Below are positions 1-12,809 of a stretch of DNA of 64,000 nucleotides, piece by piece. This DNA comes from Candidatus Woesebacteria bacterium GW2011_GWF1_31_35. GTDB taxonomy: Bacteria; Patescibacteriota; Microgenomatia; UBA8517. A model generated the notes under the pieces. It saw nothing but the letters and a program-made list of their open reading frames with translations, had not been told where the DNA came from and searched no databases. A program made the translations under genes and the position numbers. The stretch is from contig CP011214.1 in assembly GCA_001029755.1 (NCBI GenBank), positions 557,767 through 621,766 of the forward strand, given 5' to 3'. The number at the start of each line of letters is the position of its first letter. Position 1 is the first letter of the stretch.

Positions 1-399
1 TGTGCTAGAGGTACATATATACAATCAGAAAGACAGAGTTTGGAAGGTGTACATGCAGTGTTATGTGCCAAGGAAATATTTAAAATGATTAATGATCGAA
101 ATATAATATTTACAGAATTTGAAAGATCTGTTTTTGATAAACACAATCAGGGTAAAGAATTGGTTACAACGTGGGCAAAATCAGTTAATCTAGATTCAGA
201 TACGGAAGTTGATATTTCAGTGGGTGTTGCAGATATCCTGGTGTATGGTGAAGACTTAGGAATTTTTGAAATTGGTACTACCCGTCCCACAAAAATGCTT
301 TTGTTATTAAAATATATTTCAAAGCAAAATTCGTTTTACTCAGTTCATTTTTGGCCTTATGGGTCAAATAAAGCATTTGTTTTTAGAAATTGGATATAG
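1..399 (+). CDS. Hypothetical protein, 5'-truncated at the window edge (C-terminal ~133 aa)
   Basis: Frame is open from position 1 with no in-frame stop upstream of the listed TTG at 40. No recognisable motif. Confidence 0.3.
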   Translation, partial: CARGTYIQSERQSLEGVHAVLCAKEIFKMINDRNIIFTEFERSVFDKHNQGKELVTTWAKSVNLDSDTEVDISVGVADILVYGEDLGIFEIGTTRPTKMLLLLKYISKQNSFYSVHFWPYGSNKAFVFRNWI

Positions 400-411
400 T
401 GTCGTACAATA

Positions 412-1329
412 TTGACAGATGAATGTCTAAAATATAGAATTATTTTAATGCCTAAAGATAATTTTAATTTATCCAAAAAAATTGATAAATTTATAGATTA
501 TTTAGAATTTGATAAAAATTATTCTCCTTTAACAATTAGAAATTATTCTCACTACTTAAATAGATTTTTATTTTTTTTCAATGACGAAAAAATTAGTAAC
601 ATTTCTAATTTAAATGTTGAATTAATAAATAAATACAAAAATAAATTAATAAAATTAAATCTTTCTAATAAAACTTGCGGTTTTCATTTAATTTCACTTC
701 GAAGTTTTTTGAAATGGATGAATAAAAATGGAGAAAATGTTTTAAGTGTTGATCAGATTGATATACCAAAAGCGGAAGCTAATAAATTAATTTTTCTTAA
801 TGGATCTGATGTTGAAAAGTTGTTAAATACTCCCAATACAAATATGTTACAAGGCAAAAGAGATAGAGCGATCCTTGAATTGTTTTATGCCACAGGTTTA
901 CGAATTTCTGAATTAACTTCACTTAATAAAAATAGTTTTGATAATAGCAAAAATGAAATTAGATTTAATAAAAAGACAATATTTCTTTCTACTCGAGCAT
1001 TAAATTGGTTGACTATCTATATAGAAGCTAGAAATGATAAAAATAAAGCATTATTTATAAGTCATAAAGGGTTAGTTACTCGTCTTACTCCCCGATCTGT
1101 TGAAAGGATGTTAAAAAAATATACAAAATTCGCAGAACTTCCAACAAATATCACACCAAAAGCCTTAAGGCATTCTTTTGCCACAGATTTATTATTAGCA
1201 GGAGCTGAAGTTGGTTCAGTTCAAAAAATGCTTGGGCATAAGAATATTTCTACGACTCAAATTTATACCCATGTAACTAATAAACAACTTCATGAGATTC
1301 ATGAGACATTCCATGGAAGGGGTAAATAA
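412..1329 (+). CDS. xerC: Tyrosine site-specific recombinase, XerC/XerD (phage integrase) family
   Basis: C-terminal catalytic region ALRHSFATDLLLAGAEVGSVQKMLGHKNISTTQIYTHV (R..H..R..Y tyrosine recombinase signature). N-terminal SAM-like domain (YLEFDKNYSPLTIRNY). Listed start is TTG at 412; the ATG at 448 (MPKDNF...) is an alternative start. Confidence 0.75.
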   Translation: MTDECLKYRIILMPKDNFNLSKKIDKFIDYLEFDKNYSPLTIRNYSHYLNRFLFFFNDEKISNISNLNVELINKYKNKLIKLNLSNKTCGFHLISLRSFLKWMNKNGENVLSVDQIDIPKAEANKLIFLNGSDVEKLLNTPNTNMLQGKRDRAILELFYATGLRISELTSLNKNSFDNSKNEIRFNKKTIFLSTRALNWLTIYIEARNDKNKALFISHKGLVTRLTPRSVERMLKKYTKFAELPTNITPKALRHSFATDLLLAGAEVGSVQKMLGHKNISTTQIYTHVTNKQLHEIHETFHGRGK

Positions 1330-2318
1330 TGAAAAATAAAACTTTGTTATTTATAATTCCAATTTTTTTAATAGGTGTTGTCTTGGGATCTTTTGGATAC
1401 ACAAAATTATTTGCCAATAAAACCAATAATACAAATGAAGTTACAATAAACCCAACCCCAGAAATATCACAAGAAGAAAATTTAGATACTAATACTGACA
1501 AGGTAGTAAATAAAAATTTAATAAACATTTTACTTTTAGGATCTGGTGGAGGTGGACATTCTGGTGGAAGTTTGTCTGATTCTATAATATTAGTAAGTGT
1601 TGATACTAAAAATAAAAAAATTGGACTTATTTCTATTCCTCGTGATTTTTGGTTTTCGGGCCATAAGATTAATGAAGATCCATCAATAAAAGATGCGGTA
1701 ACAGCAATAACTGGTTTTTCAGTTTCAAATTATATATCAGTAGATTTTAATGGTTTTGTAAAAATAATTGATGGATTAGGAGGGATTGATGTGGATATTA
1801 AGAAATCTTATCTTGATAATTTTTATCCAATAAAGGGGTTGGAAAATGAAACCTGTGGAAAAAATAATGAAGAAATTACGCTTCTTCATCAAAAATATTC
1901 AGGATTTGAACTTGAAAAAAATTTCACTTGTAGGTACGAAAAAATTGAATATGGTGTGGGGATAGCTAAAATGAGTGGAGAAAATACTTTAAAATATGTA
2001 AGATCTCGCCATGGTGATAGTGATTTTGGTAGAAGTAGGCGTCAGTTTGAGGTATTAATAGCGATTACAAAAAAGGTAAAAGTAGAAGACTTTGATAAAT
2101 TTTTAAAAATAGTAAAAACAGATTTAGAATCTTCTAAAATAAAAGAAATAATTTCAAAAATCGAAAATGTTTTAGATTATAAAATATCAACAGTTCAATT
2201 AACTGATGGTAATGTATTAGTATCTTCAAAAAGTTTAAGTGGGGCTTATATATTAATACCCAAATTAGGAATAAATAATTTTATTTCTATAAAGGCCTTT
2301 ATTTTGAATAATATTTAA
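1329..2318 (+). CDS. LytR-CpsA-Psr (LCP) family cell-envelope protein
   Basis: N-terminal TM anchor, then LLLGSGGGGHSGGSLSDSIILVSVDT...ISIPRDFW, typical of the LCP domain. ATG overlaps the xerC stop (TAATG). Confidence 0.8.
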   Translation: MKNKTLLFIIPIFLIGVVLGSFGYTKLFANKTNNTNEVTINPTPEISQEENLDTNTDKVVNKNLINILLLGSGGGGHSGGSLSDSIILVSVDTKNKKIGLISIPRDFWFSGHKINEDPSIKDAVTAITGFSVSNYISVDFNGFVKIIDGLGGIDVDIKKSYLDNFYPIKGLENETCGKNNEEITLLHQKYSGFELEKNFTCRYEKIEYGVGIAKMSGENTLKYVRSRHGDSDFGRSRRQFEVLIAITKKVKVEDFDKFLKIVKTDLESSKIKEIISKIENVLDYKISTVQLTDGNVLVSSKSLSGAYILIPKLGINNFISIKAFILNNI

Positions 2319-2323
2319 AATAT

Positions 2324-3097
2324 TTATTTAATCTCGTATGAAAGAGAAACTGTAATTGAGATTTCTGTTTCCCCAGGTTTTATATTTGCTGTTATTGGTT
2401 CTCCACCACCAAGTCCTTTATCCATCATTGCAATTGGTCTTGGATAATCTATTCCGGTACTTTCAGAAATATTAATAATTTTTCCTAAAGATATTCCAGC
2501 AGATGAAGCCAAGCCTTTTGCCTTATCCTTAGCTTTTTTAACCGCTTCTTCTCTAGCCTTTTGAGTTAGTTCTTCTTTTGTTTTTTCATTAATCTCAAAA
2601 GAAATATTGCCAGCTACATTAGCTCCAGCTTGTGTAGAAACAACTAATACATCGTTTATTTTTTCAAAATTATCTATTTTAACCTCATATGTAGTTGAAA
2701 CTCTATAACCTGATATTTTAAATGGAGTTATATCATAACTATATTCTGGATAAACGTTATAGTTTACTGTCTTAATATCTTTTTCATCTATTCCTAATTT
2801 TTTAAGTTCATTGGTTAACTTTTTAGATTTTGAATTTACAGAATCTTGAACAACTTTTAAAGAAACTCCTTGTTCTTCAATCCCAAGAGAAACTTTAGCT
2901 ATATCAGGAATAGCCGTTACCTTTCCTGTTTCGGAAACAATTAATGGTTCACCTTTAGTCTGAGTCAAAATAGAAATTGGTAAAGAAGGACCCCATTTTG
3001 AATATACAAATAGAAGTATGAAAAATATTAACAATGATCCTGCAAAATTTAAATGTTTCTCATTGTCCATAAAGTCATTATAGCATTTTGTTGACAT
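2324..3097 (-). CDS. SIMPL (DUF541) domain secreted/periplasmic protein
   Basis: N-terminal TM/signal segment. Core region (GYRVSTTYEVKIDNFEKINDVL...) is typical of the SIMPL/DUF541 family. Confidence 0.65.
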   Translation of the reverse strand: MSTKCYNDFMDNEKHLNFAGSLLIFFILLFVYSKWGPSLPISILTQTKGEPLIVSETGKVTAIPDIAKVSLGIEEQGVSLKVVQDSVNSKSKKLTNELKKLGIDEKDIKTVNYNVYPEYSYDITPFKISGYRVSTTYEVKIDNFEKINDVLVVSTQAGANVAGNISFEINEKTKEELTQKAREEAVKKAKDKAKGLASSAGISLGKIINISESTGIDYPRPIAMMDKGLGGGEPITANIKPGETEISITVSLSYEIK

Positions 3098-3125
3098 AAA
3101 ATCTAATCAATGTTTTAATGAAGAT

Positions 3126-3401
3126 ATGAACGGCTATAATGAAGACAAGCTATTAAAAAAGATAAAAATATTACTTGATGATACTGTTGATATAAAAATT
3201 GATGAAAAATTGGATGAAAAAATTGGTAAATTACCAACGAAAACGGAGTTATATAAGCAAACAGATAAAATAATGAAAGAATTAAAAACAGTAAGAGAAG
3301 AACAATCTTTATTATCTCAACACTCTAAAGATAATTCAGATAGACTTGATAATTTAGAAAAAATTCACCCGGCTGGAATTCACGATTTTGCCGTAAATTG
3401 A
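3126..3401 (+). CDS. Small hypothetical coiled-coil protein (91 aa), paralog of 23807-24082
   Basis: Shares the C-terminal motif REEQSLLSQHSKDNSDRLDNLEKIH with the 91-aa ORF at 23807-24082 (REERTLISEHLSDHSDRIETLEKIH). Confidence 0.45.
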   Translation: MNGYNEDKLLKKIKILLDDTVDIKIDEKLDEKIGKLPTKTELYKQTDKIMKELKTVREEQSLLSQHSKDNSDRLDNLEKIHPAGIHDFAVN

Positions 3402-3436
3402 TCAACAGAGAAATGCGATTCGAAGATTTGTAGTTT

Positions 3437-6058
3437 TTATTCTTCTTCCTCTTCATCACCTGTTTTTTCAAGGACTGTGGCTGCTGCGATTAAATCACCT
3501 TTATTGGCAAATCTCATAATGATAACTCCTTGGGTGGCTCTTCCCAATTGTGGAATGTTTTTAACAGGAAGTTTTATAACCTGACCTTTTTTAGAAGTTA
3601 TTACTAGTTGGTCTGATTTTTCTGTAACCATAACAGCACAGGCTAACTCCCCTGTTTTAGCTGAAACTATGCAAGCTTTAACTCCTTTACCTGCCCTTTT
3701 TTGAATTGGAAATAGATCAAATCTGGTTCTTTTACCCAATCCATGAATTGAAAGAGTTAATACATCTCTGAATATTTTCTTTCTTTTATCCTTAATTACT
3801 TCTAATTTGTCAGGAAAAACTTCCATTCCAATTACACAATCATCTTTATCAATTCTTACTCCTGTTACACCTGTAGTAGCTCTACCCATAGGCCTAACAT
3901 TACTTTCCGGGAATCTAATTGACATACCCTTCTTTGTAAGAAGCATTACATTGTCGTTCCCAAAAGTTAAATGTGCCGAAACTAATGTGTCAGTCCCTTG
4001 GAGTTTAATTGCAATTAAACCAGATGCTCTTAAATTTTCAAATTCTTTTAACTCAGTTTTTTTAATTATTCCAGCACTAGTTGCCATGATAAGATTTTTA
4101 GCATTTAATTCTTTACTCATTGGAAGTATTGATTTTATTTCTTCACCTTGTTCAAGATTTAAAAAGTTAACTAATGCTTGACCCTTTGCCTGTCTTGAGC
4201 TTTCTGGAATTTCAAATGCTTTTGTGCCAAAAACACGACCTTTATTGGTAAAGAATAAAATTGTATCGTGGGTAGAAGCGGTTACCAAATGATCAATTTC
4301 ATCCTCTTCTTTGGTGGTCATTCCAATAACACCTTTTCCACCTCTTCTTTGGGCTTTGTAAGTATTTCTAGGAACTCTTTTAATGTAACCTGTCTTAGTT
4401 ACTGTTACTAAAACATCTTCTTTTGCAACCAAATCTTCCTCACTAAACTCCCCTATTTTACTTTTATATATTTTTGTTTTTCGGGTATCTCCAAATTTTT
4501 GTTTTAATTCAGTTAATTCTTTATCGATTATTATTAAAATTCTTGCGGGATCTTTTAATATCGCGATTAATCCATCAATTAATTTTTTAATTTCTTCATA
4601 TTCTTTTTCAATTTTATCTCTCTCTAGTGCTGCAAGGCGTCTTAACTGCATATCAAGAATGGCTGTGGCTTGAATTTCACTGAGTTTAAATCTTTTAACT
4701 AAATTTTCCTTTGCGTCTTCTTGAGTCTTACTTTCCCTAATTGTTTTAATTACAGCATCCAAATTATCTAGTGCAATTTTTAAGCCTTCCAAAATATGGG
4801 CTCTCTTTTTGGCTTCTGTAAGTTCAAAAATTGTTCTTCTAACAACTACTTTTTGTCTGTGTTTAATATATTCAACTAAAATTTGTTTTAAATTTAAAGT
4901 GTGAGGGGTTCCGTCAACGAGTGCAACGAAATTAGCAGGAAAAGTTGTTTGAAGTTTAGTATGTTTAAAAATATTATTTAAAACTGATTTTGGTTTTGCA
5001 TCTCGTTTAAGGTCAATTGCAACTCTCATTCCATCTTTGTCTGATTCATCTCTTAAATCAGCTATTCCTACCAATTTTTTGTCTTTAACAAGTTCAGCAA
5101 TTTTAGCAACCATCTCGGCTTTATTAACTTGGTATGGGATTTCTGAAATAATAATTTGTGATTTCCCATTGTTTCCTTCCGTTATTTCGGCAATTCCTCT
5201 TACTACAATTCTTCCTCGTCCTGTTGCATAGACTTCTTTTAAAGATAATGAATCATAAATTGCACCGCCTGTAGGAAAATCAGGACCTGGTAAAATTTCT
5301 GTAATTTCATCAATTGTCGAATCTGTTTCAAAAGAAATTGTTGCAGGGTTAACTTCTTCTTGTGTAAAAGCTTTTTCTTCACCTGATGCGATTAAATTAA
5401 TTTTTTTAATTACAAAATCTGTTTCTTTTTCTCTTTCATCTTGATTTTCAATTATCACTCTACCTTTTTTAGTCATAGAAAGAATTGCATCAACAACTTC
5501 AGTTAGATTATGTGGTGGAATTTTTGTAGCCATTCCGACAGCAATACCTTCAGAACCCATTAAAAGTAGATTAGGAAGAAGAGCGGGTAAAAAGACCGGT
5601 TCTTTTAATGTTGCGTCAAAGTTATCGATATAATCAACGGTATCCTTTTCCATATCAGCTAAAATGTATTCAGAAATAGCTGATAGTTTCATTTCGCTAT
5701 ACCTCATGGCTGCAGCACTATCTCCATCAACAGATCCAAAATTTCCTTGACCTTTAAGAAGTGGATAACGTAATGAAAAATCTTGAACCATTCTCACTGC
5801 AGTGTCATATACAGCAGTGTCTCCATGTGGATGATATTTGCCTAATACCTCTCCTACAACTTTTGCAGATTTAGAAAATGGACCAGTATGTTTCAATCCC
5901 ATTTGGCTCATAGCAAAAAGGATTCTTCGATGGACTGGTTTTAGCCCGTCTTTAACATCAGGTAGGGCTCTAGCAACAATAACACTCATTGCATAATCGA
6001 CGTAGGATTTTGAAAGTTCTGCAGTTATTTCGGTGTTTAAGATTTTACCAATATCCAT
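3437..6058 (-). CDS. gyrA: DNA gyrase subunit A
   Basis: MDIGKIL...SYVDYAMSVI..RALPDVKDGLKPVHRRIL...AAAMRYSEMKLS...QGNFGS; 873 aa with C-terminal beta-pinwheel repeats. Confidence 0.95.
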   Translation of the reverse strand: MDIGKILNTEITAELSKSYVDYAMSVIVARALPDVKDGLKPVHRRILFAMSQMGLKHTGPFSKSAKVVGEVLGKYHPHGDTAVYDTAVRMVQDFSLRYPLLKGQGNFGSVDGDSAAAMRYSEMKLSAISEYILADMEKDTVDYIDNFDATLKEPVFLPALLPNLLLMGSEGIAVGMATKIPPHNLTEVVDAILSMTKKGRVIIENQDEREKETDFVIKKINLIASGEEKAFTQEEVNPATISFETDSTIDEITEILPGPDFPTGGAIYDSLSLKEVYATGRGRIVVRGIAEITEGNNGKSQIIISEIPYQVNKAEMVAKIAELVKDKKLVGIADLRDESDKDGMRVAIDLKRDAKPKSVLNNIFKHTKLQTTFPANFVALVDGTPHTLNLKQILVEYIKHRQKVVVRRTIFELTEAKKRAHILEGLKIALDNLDAVIKTIRESKTQEDAKENLVKRFKLSEIQATAILDMQLRRLAALERDKIEKEYEEIKKLIDGLIAILKDPARILIIIDKELTELKQKFGDTRKTKIYKSKIGEFSEEDLVAKEDVLVTVTKTGYIKRVPRNTYKAQRRGGKGVIGMTTKEEDEIDHLVTASTHDTILFFTNKGRVFGTKAFEIPESSRQAKGQALVNFLNLEQGEEIKSILPMSKELNAKNLIMATSAGIIKKTELKEFENLRASGLIAIKLQGTDTLVSAHLTFGNDNVMLLTKKGMSIRFPESNVRPMGRATTGVTGVRIDKDDCVIGMEVFPDKLEVIKDKRKKIFRDVLTLSIHGLGKRTRFDLFPIQKRAGKGVKACIVSAKTGELACAVMVTEKSDQLVITSKKGQVIKLPVKNIPQLGRATQGVIIMRFANKGDLIAAATVLEKTGDEEEEE

Positions 6059-6187
6059 AGTTTGTTTTTAACAAAATTAGGCTCTTTTTGAGCCTTATTC
6101 ATTCTACCTTTAATACAACCAAGAATCAACAAGTATAAGTAATAAAAATACTTGTAAATTAGTTATTACTGGTTTACTATAAACTAG

Positions 6188-6574
6188 ATGTCAGGATATC
6201 ACACAAATATAGAAAAGGCAGTCAAGGAAAATCTCTTCTTTAGAAAAGTTCTATTTACCGGAAACAAAAGTCAATTAGTTTTAATGACTCTAAAACCTAA
6301 TGAAGAAATCGGAATGGAAGTTCATAATGAAAATGATCAATTTTTCAGGTTTGAGGAAGGACATGGAAAGGTAATTATTGGTACCGAAGAATTTATTGTT
6401 GGGCCTGACGATGTAGTAATTATTCCATCAGGGGAAAACCATAATATTATTAATACTTCAGAGTCTGAATATTTAAAGCTCTATACTATCTATTCCCCCG
6501 CTCATCATCCAGATGGGACAATTCATGAGACAAAAGAGATAGCTGAAGAAGCAGAAAAGGCAGAACACGAATAA
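6188..6574 (+). CDS. Cupin domain protein
   Basis: Conserved-His cupin motifs (MEVHNENDQFFRFEEGHGKV...IPSGENHNI). Confidence 0.55.
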   Translation: MSGYHTNIEKAVKENLFFRKVLFTGNKSQLVLMTLKPNEEIGMEVHNENDQFFRFEEGHGKVIIGTEEFIVGPDDVVIIPSGENHNIINTSESEYLKLYTIYSPAHHPDGTIHETKEIAEEAEKAEHE

Positions 6575-6594
6575 AAACTTTTTTAATTTTTGAC

Positions 6595-7731
6595 TTATTT
6601 GATTGCTAAAGACACTGCCTTTACCACACTTTTATCAAATGGACTTGGAATGATTTTGGTTGTGGTTGGAGTTTTAATTAGACCTGCTAAATTAATAGCT
6701 GCTTTAATTAACATCTTGTTTGTAATTTTTTTAACTTTATTATTTAAGGCTCCCCTAAAAATTCCAGGAAAAGCCAAGACATTATTTATTTGATTATCAA
6801 AATCACTTCTCCCTGTTGCAACTACCATTGCCCCACCCTTTCCTGCCTCATCAGGCATTATTTCAGGGGTTGGGTTTGCCATTGCAAAAACAATTGCGTT
6901 TTTGTTCATTAAATTTATATCAGTTCTATCGATTAAATTTCCCTTACTTACTCCAATAAATACATCTTTTCCCTTTAATATTTCATGAATACTCCCCTTT
7001 TCATCTTGAATATTAGTAAGCTTAGAAATTCTTTTCTTTTCATTGTTTAAATCAACTCTTCCATCATAAATTGCTCCTTTAGTGTCACTTACAATAATAT
7101 TTTTAAAACCATATTCTAAAAGTAGACCACAAACCGCTGTACCAGCAGCACCAGCACCGTTAATTACTATTTTTACATTTTTGTCTTTTTTAACTACTTT
7201 TAAAGAATTGATAAGTGCTGCTAGTACTACTACTGCTGTTCCATGTTGATCATCGTGCATAACAGGAATATCAAGTTCATTAATAAGTCTTCTTTCAATT
7301 TCAAAACATCTAGGTGCATTTATATCTTCAAGATTAATTCCACCAAAAACAGGAGCGATTAATTTAACTGCTTTTATTATTTCTTCTGTATCTTGAGTAT
7401 CTAAACAAATTGGAAACGCGTCAACTCCTCCAAATTTTTTAAAGAGTACCGCTTTTCCTTCCATTACTGGGATTGCGCCGTAAGCACCAATATTTCCAAG
7501 GCCTAGTACTGCCGAACCATCTGAAATTACCGCAATTGTATTTGATTTTAGGGAAAGTAAAGATGCTAGTTTTGGGTTTTTGGCAAGTTCTAAAGATACT
7601 CCTGCCACACCCGGAGTATAGACTAAAGATAAATCTAATTTATTTTCTAGGGGAGTTTTAATTAATGTTCCAATTTTACCTTTATATTTTTTGTGAAGCT
7701 TTATTGAATCTTTATATACATCAGATTTCAT
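6595..7731 (-). CDS. maeB: NAD(P)-dependent malic enzyme (short MaeB-type, oxaloacetate-decarboxylating)
   Basis: VYTPGVAGVSLEL...VISDGSAVLGLGNIGAYGAIPVMEGKAVLFKKFGGVDAFPI plus the GAGAAG NAD-binding motif. Confidence 0.8.
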   Translation of the reverse strand: MKSDVYKDSIKLHKKYKGKIGTLIKTPLENKLDLSLVYTPGVAGVSLELAKNPKLASLLSLKSNTIAVISDGSAVLGLGNIGAYGAIPVMEGKAVLFKKFGGVDAFPICLDTQDTEEIIKAVKLIAPVFGGINLEDINAPRCFEIERRLINELDIPVMHDDQHGTAVVVLAALINSLKVVKKDKNVKIVINGAGAAGTAVCGLLLEYGFKNIIVSDTKGAIYDGRVDLNNEKKRISKLTNIQDEKGSIHEILKGKDVFIGVSKGNLIDRTDINLMNKNAIVFAMANPTPEIMPDEAGKGGAMVVATGRSDFDNQINNVLAFPGIFRGALNNKVKKITNKMLIKAAINLAGLIKTPTTTKIIPSPFDKSVVKAVSLAIK

Positions 7732-7773
7732 TTTGATTTAAGTATTTTAATGTATAATCATTAGACTAACAAT

Positions 7774-8400
7774 ATGAAAAATAAAACCACTGAAGTTATT
7801 TTTGATCTTGAAACTCAAAAATTTTTTGATGAAATTGATGATTTTGATCCAGCAAAATTAGGTGTTTCTGTTCTCTCACTTTATAGAAGAACAGTAGACA
7901 AAAACAATAATGAAATTGAAGGAGAAATGTTATCTTTTTGGGAAGAAGATTTGAAAAAAACTTGGGAGATTTTTAATAAAGCGGATAGAATAATTGGATT
8001 TAATTCAAAAAGGTTTGATGTTTTAGCGTTAAAACCTTATTTACCCTTAGAACTTAATAAACTGCCCCACTTTGATATTTTAGAACAGGTTAAAGATGTT
8101 AATGGAAGAAGAGTTTCTTTGGATTCAATAGCGGGAGAAACTTTAGGAAAAAGAAAAATAGATGATCCCAGAAATGCAATCACTTATTGGGTCAAGCACG
8201 ATAAAGAAAGCCTTTCTAAACTAAAAAGGTATTGTGAAGAAGATGTGGTTTTAACACGCGATATATATGATTTTGGATTAAAAAATAAAAAATTAATTTT
8301 TAAAGACTATTGGAATACTGTAAGAACAATTGAGGTTGATTTCTCATATCCAGAAATAACAGAAAAGATAACAGACGAGGATCAGGGAAGTTTGTTTTAA
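7774..8400 (+). CDS. DEDD-family 3'-5' exonuclease (RNase H-like fold)
   Basis: Exo I motif FDLETQ, Exo II-like GFNSKRFD, Exo III YCEEDVVLTRDIY (Y-x3-D). Confidence 0.5.
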   Translation: MKNKTTEVIFDLETQKFFDEIDDFDPAKLGVSVLSLYRRTVDKNNNEIEGEMLSFWEEDLKKTWEIFNKADRIIGFNSKRFDVLALKPYLPLELNKLPHFDILEQVKDVNGRRVSLDSIAGETLGKRKIDDPRNAITYWVKHDKESLSKLKRYCEEDVVLTRDIYDFGLKNKKLIFKDYWNTVRTIEVDFSYPEITEKITDEDQGSLF

Positions 8401-8870
8401 ATTTGAGATTCTCTGACTTCTTTTTCAGCAAAAGAAGCGTCTTTAAATTCACCAGTTTTAACCCATTTATCTGGTTCAATATTTTTGTAATTATCAAAAA
8501 AATCCTTAATCATTTTTTGTGTGTGTTCATGGATATCACTAATTTTTGTGTATGTTCCAAAAATTGGATCAACTTTTTTAACAGGTACTGCAATTATTTT
8601 AGTATCAATTCCCCCTTCATCTTCCATCTCAAGCATTCCAATAACTTGACACTTTATTGACACGTTTGAAATTAATGGTTCTGAGGTTAGTACAATAACA
8701 TCAAGAGGGTCATTGTCTTTTCCTTTTGTTTTTTTAATAAAACCATAATTAAATGGAAAATAATTAGCCCCATGAAGTATTCTATCTACCTTTAATTCAC
8801 CTGTTTCTTCGTCAACCTCATATTTGATGTGGCTTCCATGTGGGATTTCTATAAATACCTTAATTTCCAT
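8397..8870 (-). CDS. ppa: Inorganic pyrophosphatase
   Basis: MEIKVFIEIPHGSHIKYEVDEETGELKVDRILHGANYFPFNYGFI..TKGKDNDPLDVIVL, family I PPase signature. Confidence 0.9.
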   Translation of the reverse strand: MEIKVFIEIPHGSHIKYEVDEETGELKVDRILHGANYFPFNYGFIKKTKGKDNDPLDVIVLTSEPLISNVSIKCQVIGMLEMEDEGGIDTKIIAVPVKKVDPIFGTYTKISDIHEHTQKMIKDFFDNYKNIEPDKWVKTGEFKDASFAEKEVRESQI

Positions 8871-8887
8871 GTTTTTTATTATATAAC

Positions 8888-12133
<3,246 letters not shown>

Positions 12134-12183
12134 TTATTTATTTTTGTCTAATCTAATTATATCAAAAAATAGTTTATAAAAGA

Positions 12184-12780
12184 CTACGAGAATGAGGTTA
12201 TCAATAAATTGGTTAACTGTAAAGAGACATTACCATTAGCTTTTAAGTTTTTTAAGGTTTCAAGATAATTTTCTAAATTTTTAAAATCTTTCTCTCGGTG
12301 TTTATTTAGAATTAAATTTTCTATTAAAAGTATTGCTTCTCCCCTATCTTTAATTTTTTCCATAAATAGAAATTTATTATCAATTCCCATTTTTAAAAAT
12401 TCTTCTAATTTTAAGTTAATATCATTAAGATCGTCATCATTATTATTAATTATATTTTCTCTAATGTTCTTAATAATCTGGCAACGAGAAATTATTGTTG
12501 GCAATACTCCATCAAGAGATTTGGCTGTCAAAATATAAATTAAATTTTTGTTAGGCTCTTCTAAATTTTTAAGGAAAGAATTAACTGTTTCGACTGTTGC
12601 AGTATCAATACTTTCGATTACAATTGCTGTTTTTTCAGAGAAAGAATATTTGGTTATTTTTTTTAAATTTCGGCAATCTTCTATTTTTTGTAAAGCAAAA
12701 TAATAAACCTTTGCATTTTCTTTCTTTGCAAACTCTTCTATATCACTTTTACTACTCTTTAAAATTAAAAACGCGTGCAT
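12184..12780 (-). CDS. holB: DNA polymerase III delta' subunit-like protein (clamp-loader fold; N-terminal Walker A region absent)
   Basis: LKNLEEPNKNLIYILTA...LPTIISRCQ matches the delta'/clamp-loader sensor motifs (LKTLEEPP...SRC). Confidence 0.55.
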   Translation of the reverse strand: MHAFLILKSSKSDIEEFAKKENAKVYYFALQKIEDCRNLKKITKYSFSEKTAIVIESIDTATVETVNSFLKNLEEPNKNLIYILTAKSLDGVLPTIISRCQIIKNIRENIINNNDDDLNDINLKLEEFLKMGIDNKFLFMEKIKDRGEAILLIENLILNKHREKDFKNLENYLETLKNLKANGNVSLQLTNLLITSFS

Positions 12781-12809
12781 TTATTCCCAGTTTACCATAT
12801 AATAAATTT

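Noticed and set aside
6590-6793. 67-aa plus-strand ORF
   Set aside because: Antisense to the 3' end of the malic enzyme gene, hydrophobic and low complexity. Shadow ORF.
12597-12809. Tracker's extended 5' start of pilB (MQYQYF...)
   Set aside because: The extension overlaps holB on the opposite strand, is Phe/Leu-rich with low complexity, and the ATG at 12810 yields a normal GspE N-terminus.
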